Origin: a virus | Lineage: Duplodnaviria; Caudoviricetes | Length of the DNA stretch: 33,185 nt | Virus record (IMG/VR): IMGVR_UViG_3300011339_000215 | Coordinates: 1 to 33,185 of that record | Direction: 5' to 3' (one strand) | In this document: positions 8,848-19,400 of the stretch, piece by piece | How the letters are laid out: every line of letters begins with the position of its first letter | Numbering within the stretch: position 1 is the stretch's first letter | Notes under the pieces: generated by a model | Seen by the model: the letters and a program-made list of their open reading frames with translations, nothing else | The model's database searches: none | Told to the model about the DNA's origin: nothing | Program-made: the position numbers and the translations under genes

Positions 8848-9071
8848 GCGAGGAACAGGTATGGAACATGGAGGTTAGGCTCGCCAGGATGGAGGAGCGT
8901 CAGCTTCAGCTTTACGCTATGGTAGAAAGGTCACTTGCTTTTCACGGGGATGTTGCTAATAGATTGAGTGCGCTGGAACACCTTCGGACCAAGGTTCTGG
9001 CTGTAGCTGGGCTAATAGGGCTTGCTTGCTCGGTAGCCTGGGATGTCCTCAAAAACCGATTTTCTAACTAG
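8844..9071 (+). CDS. Coiled-coil plus C-terminal TM protein (XhlA/holin-like)
   Basis: RLARMEE...RLSALE coil followed by hydrophobic VLAVAGLIGLACSVAW. Confidence 0.6.
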   Translation: MSEEQVWNMEVRLARMEERQLQLYAMVERSLAFHGDVANRLSALEHLRTKVLAVAGLIGLACSVAWDVLKNRFSN

Positions 9072-9082
9072 GAGACTAAACG

Positions 9083-10462
9083 ATGCCCAATTTTACAGCA
9101 GGAACTTCATTCACAGACGGCGTTACCAATGACGTAACGGCCTTAAAGCTTAATGCCTTGGTCGCAGATGCTGTACCTACCTCCAGCCTCGCCCTAACCA
9201 GCACCAGCGGCACGATTTCCAATTTCACGTCCAGCACAGCCAACATTACGCTTGGCACGATTCCTACGCTGACGGCTGGAACGACTACTGGAACGGCTGG
9301 CATCTTTACGTCTGGAACGATTACAACTGCTCTTATTCCAACTGGAACATTTGGGACAACCACATCGACTGCCGCTACGATTACGAATGGGACGCTTACA
9401 ACAGCTTTGATTCCCACGCTTACGGCTGGGACTACAACTGGCACAGCAGGCATCTTTACGTCTGGAACAGTTGCCACCCTAAATAGTACAACTGGAACAA
9501 TTGCAAACCTATCTGCAACTACATCCACATTCCTTGGAACGATTACTGGATCTACAAATGTAATTAACATTGGCAGTGGGCAGATTTACAAGGATGCGAG
9601 TGGCAATGTTGGCGTGGGGACTGCGAGTCCTACAGCAAAACTTCATATTTCCAATACAGATTTTTATACTGGAAAATTAACTTTTGGTGGAGTTGCCGCT
9701 ACTGGAACTGTGTTGAATAACCAAGCTACTGATAATGTATATTCAGAATATCTTCTTGGCACATGGAATTTAACTAGAGCAAAAATTAGATCAGAGGCAG
9801 GCACGGGAGGAGGAGATGGGGTTGGTGGCGGAGTGCTTACATTGTGGACTGGAAATAGTAGCGGAGTGCAAACAGAACGCCTCCGCATTGATGCGAGTGG
9901 AGATGTTTATGTTGCAGCAGGAAAGCAGATTCAAATTACTGGAAGCCCTGGAACGACTGGTCTTCAGTTGTTCGGACAAGACGCAGCCGAATCCTTGATT
10001 GGAACAATGAGTTCTCAGTCGCTAGTGTTACGCACTAACGCCACCGAACGCCTCCGCATTGATGCGAGTGGCGGTGTAACTATTGCTGGTCTTGCTGGTG
10101 CTGGATCAAGGGCAGTAAATGCTAGTGCTGCTGGTCTTTTATCAGCCGCATCTGATGCGTCATTAAAAGAAGAGGTCGTTGGAGCACATATTGCTGGTCT
10201 TTCTGAAATACTTCAAATTCATCCAAAGATGTATAGATGGAAGGATGATATTGCTAACCGTGGTGAAAATGCGTCTGTTGAATTGGGATTTATTGCAAAT
10301 GATGTTGCACCTATAATCCCGTCAGCAGCTCCTCTTGGCAATAATGGTCTTTACGGATTTTATGACAGATCAATTACAGCAGCTTTGGTTAAGGCAGTCC
10401 AAGAACTAAAATCAGAAAACGATTCTTTGAAATCACGCATTGAAGCACTAGAAGCGAAATGA
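9083..10462 (+). CDS. Tail fibre with C-terminal intramolecular chaperone (peptidase S74-like)
   Basis: Thr/Gly repeats, GNVGVGTASPTAKLHI, ERLRIDASG repeats, SDASLKE, LGFIANDV and LVKAVQELK...RIEALE; GGAG upstream. Confidence 0.88.
   Translation: MPNFTAGTSFTDGVTNDVTALKLNALVADAVPTSSLALTSTSGTISNFTSSTANITLGTIPTLTAGTTTGTAGIFTSGTITTALIPTGTFGTTTSTAATITNGTLTTALIPTLTAGTTTGTAGIFTSGTVATLNSTTGTIANLSATTSTFLGTITGSTNVINIGSGQIYKDASGNVGVGTASPTAKLHISNTDFYTGKLTFGGVAATGTVLNNQATDNVYSEYLLGTWNLTRAKIRSEAGTGGGDGVGGGVLTLWTGNSSGVQTERLRIDASGDVYVAAGKQIQITGSPGTTGLQLFGQDAAESLIGTMSSQSLVLRTNATERLRIDASGGVTIAGLAGAGSRAVNASAAGLLSAASDASLKEEVVGAHIAGLSEILQIHPKMYRWKDDIANRGENASVELGFIANDVAPIIPSAAPLGNNGLYGFYDRSITAALVKAVQELKSENDSLKSRIEALEAK
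9261..9468 (+). repeat. Imperfect direct repeat (150-bp spacing) in tail fibre
   Basis: Two copies encoding PTLTAGTTTGTAGIFTSGT; GGCATCTTTACGTCTGGAAC is identical at 9299-9318 and 9449-9468. Confidence 0.85.
9875..10071 (+). repeat. Exact 26-bp direct repeat
   Basis: GAACGCCTCCGCATTGATGCGAGTGG at 9875-9900 and 10046-10071; core GATGCGAGTGG also at 9593-9603. Confidence 0.9.
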
Positions 10463-11157
10463 CCCTAACTGAAATCGCTCAGTATGCGGGTGAGAAGGTT
10501 GGCAAGACCGACTCGGATACGCTTACCTTCTTGCAGAAGGCCGCAAGCTTGGCCTATCGGCGAGTATGGGACTTTGCGCCTTGGCGCGAGACTGTTACCA
10601 ACTCCACCTATTCAGTTGGAACAAACAGACAAATCACGCTTGGCACGAATGTAGAAACTCCTCTCTCTGTGGCCTACAACGATGCCGAGGTTGATCCAAT
10701 TGACCTAGCCACAATCATCAGCCAAGACCCAGGCTTGTTATCTGATGACCGCACTGGCGATCCAGATACCTACCATTTTACAGGCCGAAACAGCAGTGGT
10801 ATTGCACAGCTTAACCTCTACCCAAGGCTTGCTACATCTGGAACGATTCCTCTTAGGGTTGTTGAAAAGCTAAAGTGTATTACTCGCTCCAACTACATCG
10901 TTGACTTTCCTCCATCCACAGACGCTCTTGGTGACGAACTTCGTTTGCCCCACGTTCATCACTTGGTTCTCGCCTTGACTCACGCAGACGCACTAGAGCG
11001 TGAACGGCAGTATGCCAAGGCGCAGGCCATTACGCAGGGAGCAAACTCTGATCTTGCAGCTATGGCTAACTACGAATTGAGCCAGGTTGGTGGCATTAAG
11101 CAGATCACTCCGCAGAGCCTTGGCGAGCTAACTATAGAAGAAATGTTTTCAGCTTAA
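10459..11157 (+). CDS. Head-tail adaptor / tail tubular protein A-like
   Basis: 232 aa; MTLTEI start, W-x-x-x-P-W, TGDPDTY and LYP motifs; lies before the nozzle gene. Confidence 0.7.
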   Translation: MTLTEIAQYAGEKVGKTDSDTLTFLQKAASLAYRRVWDFAPWRETVTNSTYSVGTNRQITLGTNVETPLSVAYNDAEVDPIDLATIISQDPGLLSDDRTGDPDTYHFTGRNSSGIAQLNLYPRLATSGTIPLRVVEKLKCITRSNYIVDFPPSTDALGDELRLPHVHHLVLALTHADALERERQYAKAQAITQGANSDLAAMANYELSQVGGIKQITPQSLGELTIEEMFSA

Positions 11158-11172
11158 TGGAGGCATTCAAGC

Positions 11173-13005
11173 GTGCCTTATTATTCTGACAATTTAGATG
11201 ACCTGCTTGCTATAGCAGGATCACAAAGTTTTGAAGGTGGGCAGGTTTCTGGGATTACGCCCAACCTTATCGCGAACAACCAAGCAAGCGATATTGCCAA
11301 CATGACAATCAGCCCAAGCGGAAACCTTGAATCCCGCCTTGGCATTGAGTCCATGTCAACCAATGTATCTGGCGGATCAAGCATACAAGGGATGCACTAT
11401 TTTGATGCGCCATCAATTGAGTCTTTGTTCGTAGCTTCCAACGGAACAGTCTTTCGATCTACTGCTTCATCCACCTTTGCCACTACTGGCGGGACTGTGA
11501 TTAACCAGAGTGCTGAGGTTGACTTCTCTCAGTTTAACAACCGAATGTATTTTACCGATGGAAGCAGCAACCTTCATTTTTCAAACGGCACAACAACGTA
11601 TCGGCAAGGCACAAGCATTCTTTCGATAACAGTATCAACCCAGGGATTGGGATATACAACTGCTCCAGCCGTAACAATAGGCGCACCCAACATAGCCTAC
11701 GGAACAACAGCTAGCGCGACTGCCACAGTTACCAGCGGTACAATATCTGCGGTAACAGTTACCTTTGCTGGATCGGGCTATACAACCGCGCCAACAGTTA
11801 CCATTGCTGCTCCTCCCTCTGGTGGTGGGCATTTTACAGCAACAGCTACAGCCAGCATTTCTAGCCTTGCCCCGCCTGCACTTCGATTGGTTAGGCAGTT
11901 TACTAATAGAATCTTTGCAGTAGGAACTGGAGCAGACAGAAACACTCTTTACGCATCTGACATCCTTGATGCCGAAGTATGGAAGTCAACCAACAGCATC
12001 ATTGTTGGCGGCGATGATGGTGAGGACATTGTAGCCATCCAACCTTTCTACGATTACGAGATACTTGTTTTTAAGCCAAATAAGATTTACTTGGTAACGG
12101 CTGATCCTACCGCAACAACTGCGGCTGGCTGGACGGTGCGACTACTTAACGATAGAATCGGATGCGTATCTGGCAGGTCTGTCAACTTTGTCAACAAAGA
12201 CGTATTCTTTCTGGCTAATGACGGAATTAGGTCTGTAGCTAGGTCTATTGCTGATGACTTTTATATTGTAGGAACGCCAATTAGCGAGCCTGTCAAGAAT
12301 ATCATTGCCAGAATTAACAAGAACTATGTCACGCTTTGTAACGCTGCTTTTTACAACAATAGGTATTTTCTGGCAATCCCGCTAGATACAGCAACCACGC
12401 CAAATTATATTTTGGTTTATAATGCCTTATTCAATGCGTTTGAAGGCTTGTGGAGCATCGCTGCGGCCAGAATGGTGATTACAAACTTCTCTTCTGGATT
12501 TGCAACAAACTCACAAAAGCTTGCGTTTGGAAGTCCCACAAGCAGGGTTGGTCATTACCTTGGCTACAAGGATGCAGACTCAGCCGACCCAACATCAGAC
12601 TATGTGGATTATACTTCTACAGGAAGCTACACAAGTTCGGTGGCATCCAAGGCTTATGAGTTTGATGATCGGATCGCGCAGAAGTTTGGATCGCACTATG
12701 AGATTGAGTTCTTCAACTCTGGCTCCACCAACGCCATCATCAGCATGAGGCGTGATACGGATGGAACAACAGTAGGAATAGCCTCAAATGTTGACACACG
12801 CTCTGCTGGTGGAATTACTCTTCCATTCACCCTCCCAGCTACGCTATCTGCGCAAACTGTAAAGCGTATTGCTAACAGCCTGCGATCCTACCAGAAGTGG
12901 CGCAATATGCGTATGATCGTTTCCGCGCCATCCAAGAAGCTTTCTATTCGAGGAATATTGCTTGCAGCCAACCCCGATACCATTGAGGTGCAAAAGAACG
13001 TATGA
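11173..13005 (+). CDS. Tail nozzle / tubular protein B (P22 gp10-like beta-propeller)
   Basis: 610 aa; SFEGG, ILVFK, IGCVSGRSV, FFLANDGIR and PISEPV motifs; GTG start. Confidence 0.75.
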   Translation: MPYYSDNLDDLLAIAGSQSFEGGQVSGITPNLIANNQASDIANMTISPSGNLESRLGIESMSTNVSGGSSIQGMHYFDAPSIESLFVASNGTVFRSTASSTFATTGGTVINQSAEVDFSQFNNRMYFTDGSSNLHFSNGTTTYRQGTSILSITVSTQGLGYTTAPAVTIGAPNIAYGTTASATATVTSGTISAVTVTFAGSGYTTAPTVTIAAPPSGGGHFTATATASISSLAPPALRLVRQFTNRIFAVGTGADRNTLYASDILDAEVWKSTNSIIVGGDDGEDIVAIQPFYDYEILVFKPNKIYLVTADPTATTAAGWTVRLLNDRIGCVSGRSVNFVNKDVFFLANDGIRSVARSIADDFYIVGTPISEPVKNIIARINKNYVTLCNAAFYNNRYFLAIPLDTATTPNYILVYNALFNAFEGLWSIAAARMVITNFSSGFATNSQKLAFGSPTSRVGHYLGYKDADSADPTSDYVDYTSTGSYTSSVASKAYEFDDRIAQKFGSHYEIEFFNSGSTNAIISMRRDTDGTTVGIASNVDTRSAGGITLPFTLPATLSAQTVKRIANSLRSYQKWRNMRMIVSAPSKKLSIRGILLAANPDTIEVQKNV

Positions 13006-13382
13006 CGGCTGTGGAGTACATTGAGCAAAGCGGCGTTCCAGAGGCTATGTGGCCTAACCTAGCTGAGTGGTTTGGCTGGTTTGAGAAGCAGGGCATGGTT
13101 GGGGTGGTTAAGGATGGGGAGGAGATAGCTGGGGTGGCTTTGGCTAGGTGTCTAAAGGATGGACAAGAGCCTAAGCATTATGAGCATACTGAAGATGGTG
13201 AGAATGTGTTTGTGGATTTGACTATCTCCTCAAAGGGTGCTAAATCCTTACGATGCTTGCTGTTGCTCCTTTGGGAGCGTTTTGGTCCTCGCAAGCGGAT
13301 CACCTTTAATCGTTCTGGCAAACCAAGGAGTTATTGTTATATGACATTTATGCGAAAGGCTTTCATTGGGTCAAAATTATGA
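13002..13382 (+). CDS. GNAT-fold-like tail assembly protein (T7 gp13 position)
   Basis: Between nozzle and ejection genes; pattern GVV-DGEEIAGVALAR...VFVD. Confidence 0.5.
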   Translation: MTAVEYIEQSGVPEAMWPNLAEWFGWFEKQGMVGVVKDGEEIAGVALARCLKDGQEPKHYEHTEDGENVFVDLTISSKGAKSLRCLLLLLWERFGPRKRITFNRSGKPRSYCYMTFMRKAFIGSKL

Positions 13383-13759
13383 CTCAAGAATCAGACATGA
13401 TGAGAAGTCTTTACAAGATTTCAAGCAAATGGGACACCCTTGATTTTTGGCTAGAATGGGCAAAATCAAATAAACTGCTTTTTAGGATATTTGACAAGAA
13501 TGAATTTGCAGGATTTATTGTAGTAAGACCAGTAAATGACTTAAACAGAGTTGAGGATTATTTCTATATGGAACAAAATGGTGACACATTATGGGCAGAT
13601 ATTGCTTGCTCAAAAATATATGGTGGCACTAAAATGTTGTGGGCAATAATTGCGGAAAAATTTAAGAATTTTAAGTACGTTGCATTTAGGAGAAATGGCG
13701 GAAAAATGAAAACATATAATTTTGATAGATTCACAGAACTTATGAAAGTCGGTGCATAA
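13379..13759 (+). CDS. AT-rich paralog of the preceding GNAT-like gene
   Basis: EFAGFIVVR...NGDTLWADI...FRRNGGKMKTYNF aligns by eye to EIAGVALAR...DGENVFVDL...FNRSGKPRSY. Confidence 0.55.
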   Translation: MTQESDMMRSLYKISSKWDTLDFWLEWAKSNKLLFRIFDKNEFAGFIVVRPVNDLNRVEDYFYMEQNGDTLWADIACSKIYGGTKMLWAIIAEKFKNFKYVAFRRNGGKMKTYNFDRFTELMKVGA

Positions 13760-14235
13760 TGGGTGGAGGACCTTCAATTCCTGCACCGCCGCCTCCGCCC
13801 GATCCGAGCGCGGTAGCGCAGGCTAATGCAGAGGCGTACAAGAAAAACATTGAAACATACATGGAGAAAGCTCCAGGTATGGCAGAGCTTGAGAATAAGC
13901 TTCGCGTTCAATATATGCCTCAACAGCGCGCTTTAGAACGCCAACTATCAGCCCTAGATCAGCAGGCAGGCGTGCAGGCTGGGATGCAACTTGAGCGTCA
14001 GTACGGCCCGCAACGCACCCTAGAATCGCTCCGCAGGCAGTATGAGACTAGCCCGCAGGCGTATGCCTTGAATCGTGGATTAGGCGACCAGATGACCCGC
14101 CAGTTCGAGCGTCTTTATGGAACATCGCCCTATGCCTCGGTTGAGCAGAATGTAGCGTTCAACCGCCAGCCAGGACCAGTTGATTTTTATGGCACAATTG
14201 GCACGAACATTGGCAACCCAGAGTTAAAGGCTTAA
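13759..14235 (+). CDS. Internal virion / DNA ejection protein
   Basis: MGGG plus Pro-rich N-terminus and Q/A-rich helices, typical of the first podoviral ejection protein. Confidence 0.65.
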   Translation: MGGGPSIPAPPPPPDPSAVAQANAEAYKKNIETYMEKAPGMAELENKLRVQYMPQQRALERQLSALDQQAGVQAGMQLERQYGPQRTLESLRRQYETSPQAYALNRGLGDQMTRQFERLYGTSPYASVEQNVAFNRQPGPVDFYGTIGTNIGNPELKA

Positions 14236-14236
14236 T

Positions 14237-15745
14237 ATGGGAAACAGCTTTCAACCAACTCCAGTAAAATACAGGGTTAATGATAATGGAGCAATTGAAA
14301 CATTGGCTCTTTCAAGAAATCCGAGTCGGGGGGACCTAGAGTATTACAGGGGCGCTCAAGGCGGTTTTCCATACACAAACATAGTTGACGCTCAGAATGA
14401 AGTTGCAAGAAAACAACAAGCCAACATTAAGAATCTTCAAGACACCTACGAAAAGCGTCTTGCCGATGTCACAAGCCAAGAAAATACCCGCAACTCTCTT
14501 GCTGCTCAAATCCAAGCATTAACTGCTGGTGGAGGTGGAATGCAAAATCCTAATGCTGGTCCAGAATTTAGCCAAGCCCTATCACAACTTTCTGCTGGTC
14601 GTAACTACGGATCGTCTGATCTTGGCTCAAGACTAAACTTCCAAGTATCCGATCAACAAATCGTTGACGATTACAATAACTCAAAGCTATCCCGCCTAAA
14701 CAGCGTGATTGATCGTGGCAACGCTCAGATTACTGGCATCCAAGAGCGCATCAATTCAGCCAATCAGCTTCTTGCTGGATTGCCAGCAGGAGATGCAAGG
14801 CGATCTTCATCAGAAGTATTTATCAAGCAACTCAACGATGATTTGAAAAGCGTAACTAGCGCAGTTACTGGAGCGCAGAACATGCAAAAGAATTTCACGC
14901 CAATCACGATGGATAGCCCCGAAGGGCTAAAGGAGATCACATCCTTCCGATCCTTCGTCCAGCTACCCGAAGAGCGTGCTTCACAACAGCTTTTCCAGAT
15001 TGATCCAGAGTCATATCAAACATCGGTTGCGCTCGGCCAGCAGTATCGCCAAATGGCTACTGCTCCTGTCGGAGAAACCAAGTCAGCCCAAGCCGAACAA
15101 CTCCGTAGCAACCTAGAACAAGAGGCGATCAATCAGCTTGCCCTTGGCTCGCAATTGGGTGCTGAAGAGCAGAGACAATATCAGCAGGCAGCTAGGGCAG
15201 CACAGACAGCGCGAGGCAACATCTTTGGCGTGGCTCCAGCGGTAGAAGAAGCCGTCACAACTGGTCTTGCTGGTGAACAACGCAAGCTGGCACGTTATGG
15301 TGCAGCCACTCAGTTCCTTGCCTCTGGGCAAAACACATCTGATGCGTTGAAGTCTGACATAGCATTCCGCGATGCGTTGCTTCAGAACCGCCTTGGCGCA
15401 GCTTCTGGCTTTGTCGCTGGCGGACCTTCGCTTTACAACTTAGGCCAAGCACGCACAGGCGCACAGCAGGGTGCGTTCCAGAGTTACATCCAAGCCAATC
15501 AAGCCTTGCCTGGTGGATTTACCCAGCAGCCGTCTACGGCACAGCCGTTCTACCAAGCGGTGGATCAAGGCATTCCTGTTAACCTCACAAATACCTTTGC
15601 GAACCTTTACGGATCGCAGGCGAATTACTTGGCTAATACTTATGGCGCGCAGGTTGGTGCGATTTCTAGGCAGCCGAGTGGTGCGCAACAATTCGGAGCT
15701 ATTGCTTCTGGCATTGGATCGCTCGTACCCAACATAAGTATTTAA
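14237..15745 (+). CDS. Internal virion / DNA ejection protein
   Basis: 502 aa, Q/A/G-rich helical with a Gly-rich C-terminal segment. Confidence 0.65.
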   Translation: MGNSFQPTPVKYRVNDNGAIETLALSRNPSRGDLEYYRGAQGGFPYTNIVDAQNEVARKQQANIKNLQDTYEKRLADVTSQENTRNSLAAQIQALTAGGGGMQNPNAGPEFSQALSQLSAGRNYGSSDLGSRLNFQVSDQQIVDDYNNSKLSRLNSVIDRGNAQITGIQERINSANQLLAGLPAGDARRSSSEVFIKQLNDDLKSVTSAVTGAQNMQKNFTPITMDSPEGLKEITSFRSFVQLPEERASQQLFQIDPESYQTSVALGQQYRQMATAPVGETKSAQAEQLRSNLEQEAINQLALGSQLGAEEQRQYQQAARAAQTARGNIFGVAPAVEEAVTTGLAGEQRKLARYGAATQFLASGQNTSDALKSDIAFRDALLQNRLGAASGFVAGGPSLYNLGQARTGAQQGAFQSYIQANQALPGGFTQQPSTAQPFYQAVDQGIPVNLTNTFANLYGSQANYLANTYGAQVGAISRQPSGAQQFGAIASGIGSLVPNISI

Positions 15746-15753
15746 GGAGATTT

Positions 15754-16488
15754 ATGGGAAAAATTACAATGGATTTAGCGGCGATGTTTCCTCAAACTTT
15801 TGGGGATCAAGACGCATTACGCAGGGCTGCAACTGCCGAACAACTCCAGAATGCTCAGTTAAACGCATACACGCAGAATCAACAGGAAAAAGAAGTAATA
15901 AGGTCTAATCAAGTATTGCCATTTGAAGACTTTAAGATTGATGTAAATGGAGAGCAGATTCCATTTAAGGCATTGCCACCAGAGCAGAAGGCTCAATGGG
16001 CTAAACAACGCCAAGTCGATTGGGAGCTAGAGCAATCAAGAAAGTTTACAAAGCACCAAGCAGATATGGCTAAAGCCGAAGTTGAGCTTGAGCAAAATTT
16101 ACAAAAGAAAGCAGACATACAATCTGCCAGAGCTGGGCTAATGGGTGGGGAGAAGCCTGGTCCAGATTTCCTTCCTGGGGAAATGTTTGGAAAGTCATAC
16201 GCAAAACAGCTAAAAGATGTCGAACAAGAAATGATTAAAACCGAGCAAAAGCGTAACGTTGCTGGAATTCAAATGCAGGCATTAAAAGATACTCAAATGC
16301 CGCAAAGTTACGGAATGCCTTCGGTTGCAAGGCCTGCCGCACAGCAACCAACAGCCCAGCCATCCGCACAGCCACAAACACAGCAAGCAGTTCCTACCTA
16401 TAAATCAAGAGACGAGGCAATTCAAGGCGGGGCAAAAGCTGGAGATATTGTTTATATTCCAGGTGTCGGAAAAGTAAGGATAAAATAA
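15754..16488 (+). CDS. Internal virion / DNA ejection protein
   Basis: 244 aa, AAGGAG upstream, coiled coil plus P/Q-rich linker. Confidence 0.6.
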   Translation: MGKITMDLAAMFPQTFGDQDALRRAATAEQLQNAQLNAYTQNQQEKEVIRSNQVLPFEDFKIDVNGEQIPFKALPPEQKAQWAKQRQVDWELEQSRKFTKHQADMAKAEVELEQNLQKKADIQSARAGLMGGEKPGPDFLPGEMFGKSYAKQLKDVEQEMIKTEQKRNVAGIQMQALKDTQMPQSYGMPSVARPAAQQPTAQPSAQPQTQQAVPTYKSRDEAIQGGAKAGDIVYIPGVGKVRIK

Positions 16489-16492
16489 TCCA

Positions 16493-19400
16493 ATGGCAAG
16501 TCCCGACTTGGGGTTTGACATTATTGAGCCAGAGGTAAAAGCAGATCAGCAGGATGCTGGCTATGACGTAATTGAGCCAGAAAAAGCTCAACCAACGCCA
16601 TCGGAATCATTTGAAGTAATTGAACCAGACAAGCAATACTTGTCTCAAATCAAGCGCGACTACGTTTCTCAAGGTGGCAATCCGCTTGACGTTTACGCAC
16701 CAGAGCGTGCTGATTTATTTACAAATGAATTAAATAAGAATCTTCAGTCTGGATTGTCGCAACAAGAGGCCATACTCAAAGCAACCGACACGCTGGAAGC
16801 TTTACCACCAGAAACAAGGCCAGATGGGTCTATATCCGCAGGATACGCTCCAACCGAAGAGGCAATCCAAAAGGGAATGATCCAGCCAGCAGCGTTGCCA
16901 GCCGTTAGGAAGGCGATGGACGAAGGCGTGCTTACTGTGTCTTCTGGATTTGACAAAGAGAAAGGCGTTGGGTTTGCAGTTGGAAGGGCAAGGGATGGCA
17001 AGGTTGTTCGTATTGAGGAAAAGCCACCAACACTTGTTGGTGCATCGTTAAGGTCGGTTGGAGAGCAAATCATACCTGGTGCTAGTGCAGTTGCTGGATC
17101 AATCCTTGGCGGTGTTGCTGGCGCGCCTGCTGGTCCAGTTGGGATACTTGCTGGAGGGTTGGCTGGTGGTGCTGCTGGATATAAGGCAGGCGAAATGGGG
17201 CAAGCTGGACTTGCGAGAATCTTGGCTGGTGAACAAGGTTACGCTGACTACCAAAGAATGCGCGAGGCTGATATTGCAATGTTCCCAATCACAACAAAGT
17301 CTCTTGAGATTGCGACACCCATGGCTGTTGGCGTAGGACTCGCAAGACCAACAAAAGCTATCGATAAATTTCAACAATTGTTACAACCCAAAGCTGTCCC
17401 GTCATTGCAGGCAAAGCCACAACCATCAGAGGTTATTGCAACTATTGAAGGCCAGCAGCCAATTCGCCCAGGCGTAGTTGGCGAGGCTGGATTTGAGTCT
17501 GGCACAGTACGGCCAGAGTTTAAGATGCCAGAAGTTCCAGAAGGATCTAAAATAGCTAGGACGGCTGAAAGGGTGTTGAAATCTGAAAAAGCACCAGAGC
17601 CATTCAAGGCAGAGGTTGCGCTTCAGCCAAGCACAGTAAGGCAGAATGTTCCGCTTGGTGCTATCAAGGGAAATCTTGAAGACCTTACAGATGATGAACT
17701 AAATGTCATCGCAAGAAGAAGCATTACTTCGTCAGCGTATGATGATGCCGAAAGGGCTGGGGCGAATGCAATATTAGCCGCAAGGCAGATTGATGCAGAC
17801 CCAGCATCTGCCGCAATCAATTGGGATGAATTTACTAAAGCAGCATCGTTGGCTGGCGTTTCCCTAAGGAATGTGCGCGAGTACCTAAATACGCCTACTG
17901 GATATTTGGCAACCATATCAAAGGCAGCAGAGGCAGCTAATAGAAATATACCCAAAGACGTAAGCGACAAGGTTCTTAGATTATTTAATGCAAGTAAAAA
18001 TGCAAAAGCCGAATTGGTTAAAGCGGAAGCAAATTATAGATTAAGCTTAACCGATAAGGCTGCTGCTATTGCTGGAAACGCAAGAATTGCGGCAGCCAGC
18101 GCGGCAGCAAAACTTCAGAAATATTCAGACAGCATTTTCCCAAAGAAAATTCTCGGAGAAACACTTCCACAAGGAATACAGATTACACTGTTAAGCCCAT
18201 TGTCTCTTGTAAAAAATCCAGTATTCAACGTAGCCAGAGCAGTTGGACAGATTGGCGTTAGGTCACTAGCAAACGCTGGTGATGCTGTAATAAGCTATGT
18301 AACCAAGCAACCAAGGACAATGGCGCAATCTGCACTCACAACAAGGGGCGCAATGATTCGTGGTTCTGAAAAAACCAAGGAAGCAATTCGGGCTTTTCTT
18401 GGTGAAGGCATTCCAGCTTCATCTGCTCTGGCTGGAGAAGGAGTTAAGGGATTTACTGTATTCAAATCTCTGGCTCAAGCTTTTACTGGGAAAGACATGG
18501 TTACAAATGCAAAGGGCAATATTGCTTTTATTGATCGAGTCCGAAAGCTTACTGAAGGAATAATTGGATTGTACACTGAGCCAGTAGGCAGAACATTAAC
18601 TCTTGGTGACGTTCCAGCTAGAGGATTTGCAGAGGGAAGACTTCTTGCCCAACAAGCTATTTTGGCTGGCAAAACTCCAGAGGAAGTTATTGCAAGCGTA
18701 AGATTCCCAACAAAGGCAGAATTAAAGGGAATATCAAATGAGGCCGCAGAAGCCACATTTCAACAAGACACAAAACTTACAGCAGTAGTTGGTGTTGTTG
18801 CAAATGCTGTAAAAAGCATTCCAATTGTTGGGCCACTAACTAAAGCAGTTATTGCTCCATATACAAAGACACCAGTTAATGTTGTTACTGACGTTGTTGA
18901 TGTTGCGGTACCAGGATTGGCTTTTACTAAAAGCGCGTATTACGCAGCTAAGGGAGACAGAAGAAAATCACTTGAAGCTGCGGCAAAGGGAATAGTTGGA
19001 ACAGTAATTGGGGGTACGGCTGCTGCCCTATATCGCGCTGGCGTTATTACTGGATCTGCCTCAAAATCTGCAAAAGAGCGCGGAATCCAATACGAAACAC
19101 AGCCTCCGAATACTATCAATATGTCTGGATTGAAGAGACTATTAAATGGCGAAGATCCAGCAATTCAAGCTGGAGATGAGATAAAGAGCTACGAGAATTT
19201 TGGTTATCTTGGCACAATCTTTAACGTCTATGCAAATGTATTAAGCAAGAATGAAGGCTCTGGGTTGCTGGAGGATGTTCTCGATGTAACCCTTAAAGGC
19301 TTGCCGTCAGTTGCAAGCTATACTCTCAACCAAACTTTCTTAAAGAGTACAAACACTCTTCTTAATGCAATCTCAAAAGAAGATTATGACAGCTACCTGG

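Noticed and set aside
9076-9570. 164-aa minus-strand ORF with V/P repeats
   Set aside because: Antisense shadow of the Thr-rich tail-fibre repeats; no independent coding evidence.
9261-10071. CRISPR array or DGR template/variable repeat
   Set aside because: The repeats are few, in frame and coding; there is no regular spacer pattern, no adenine-specific mismatch pattern and no reverse transcriptase in the window.
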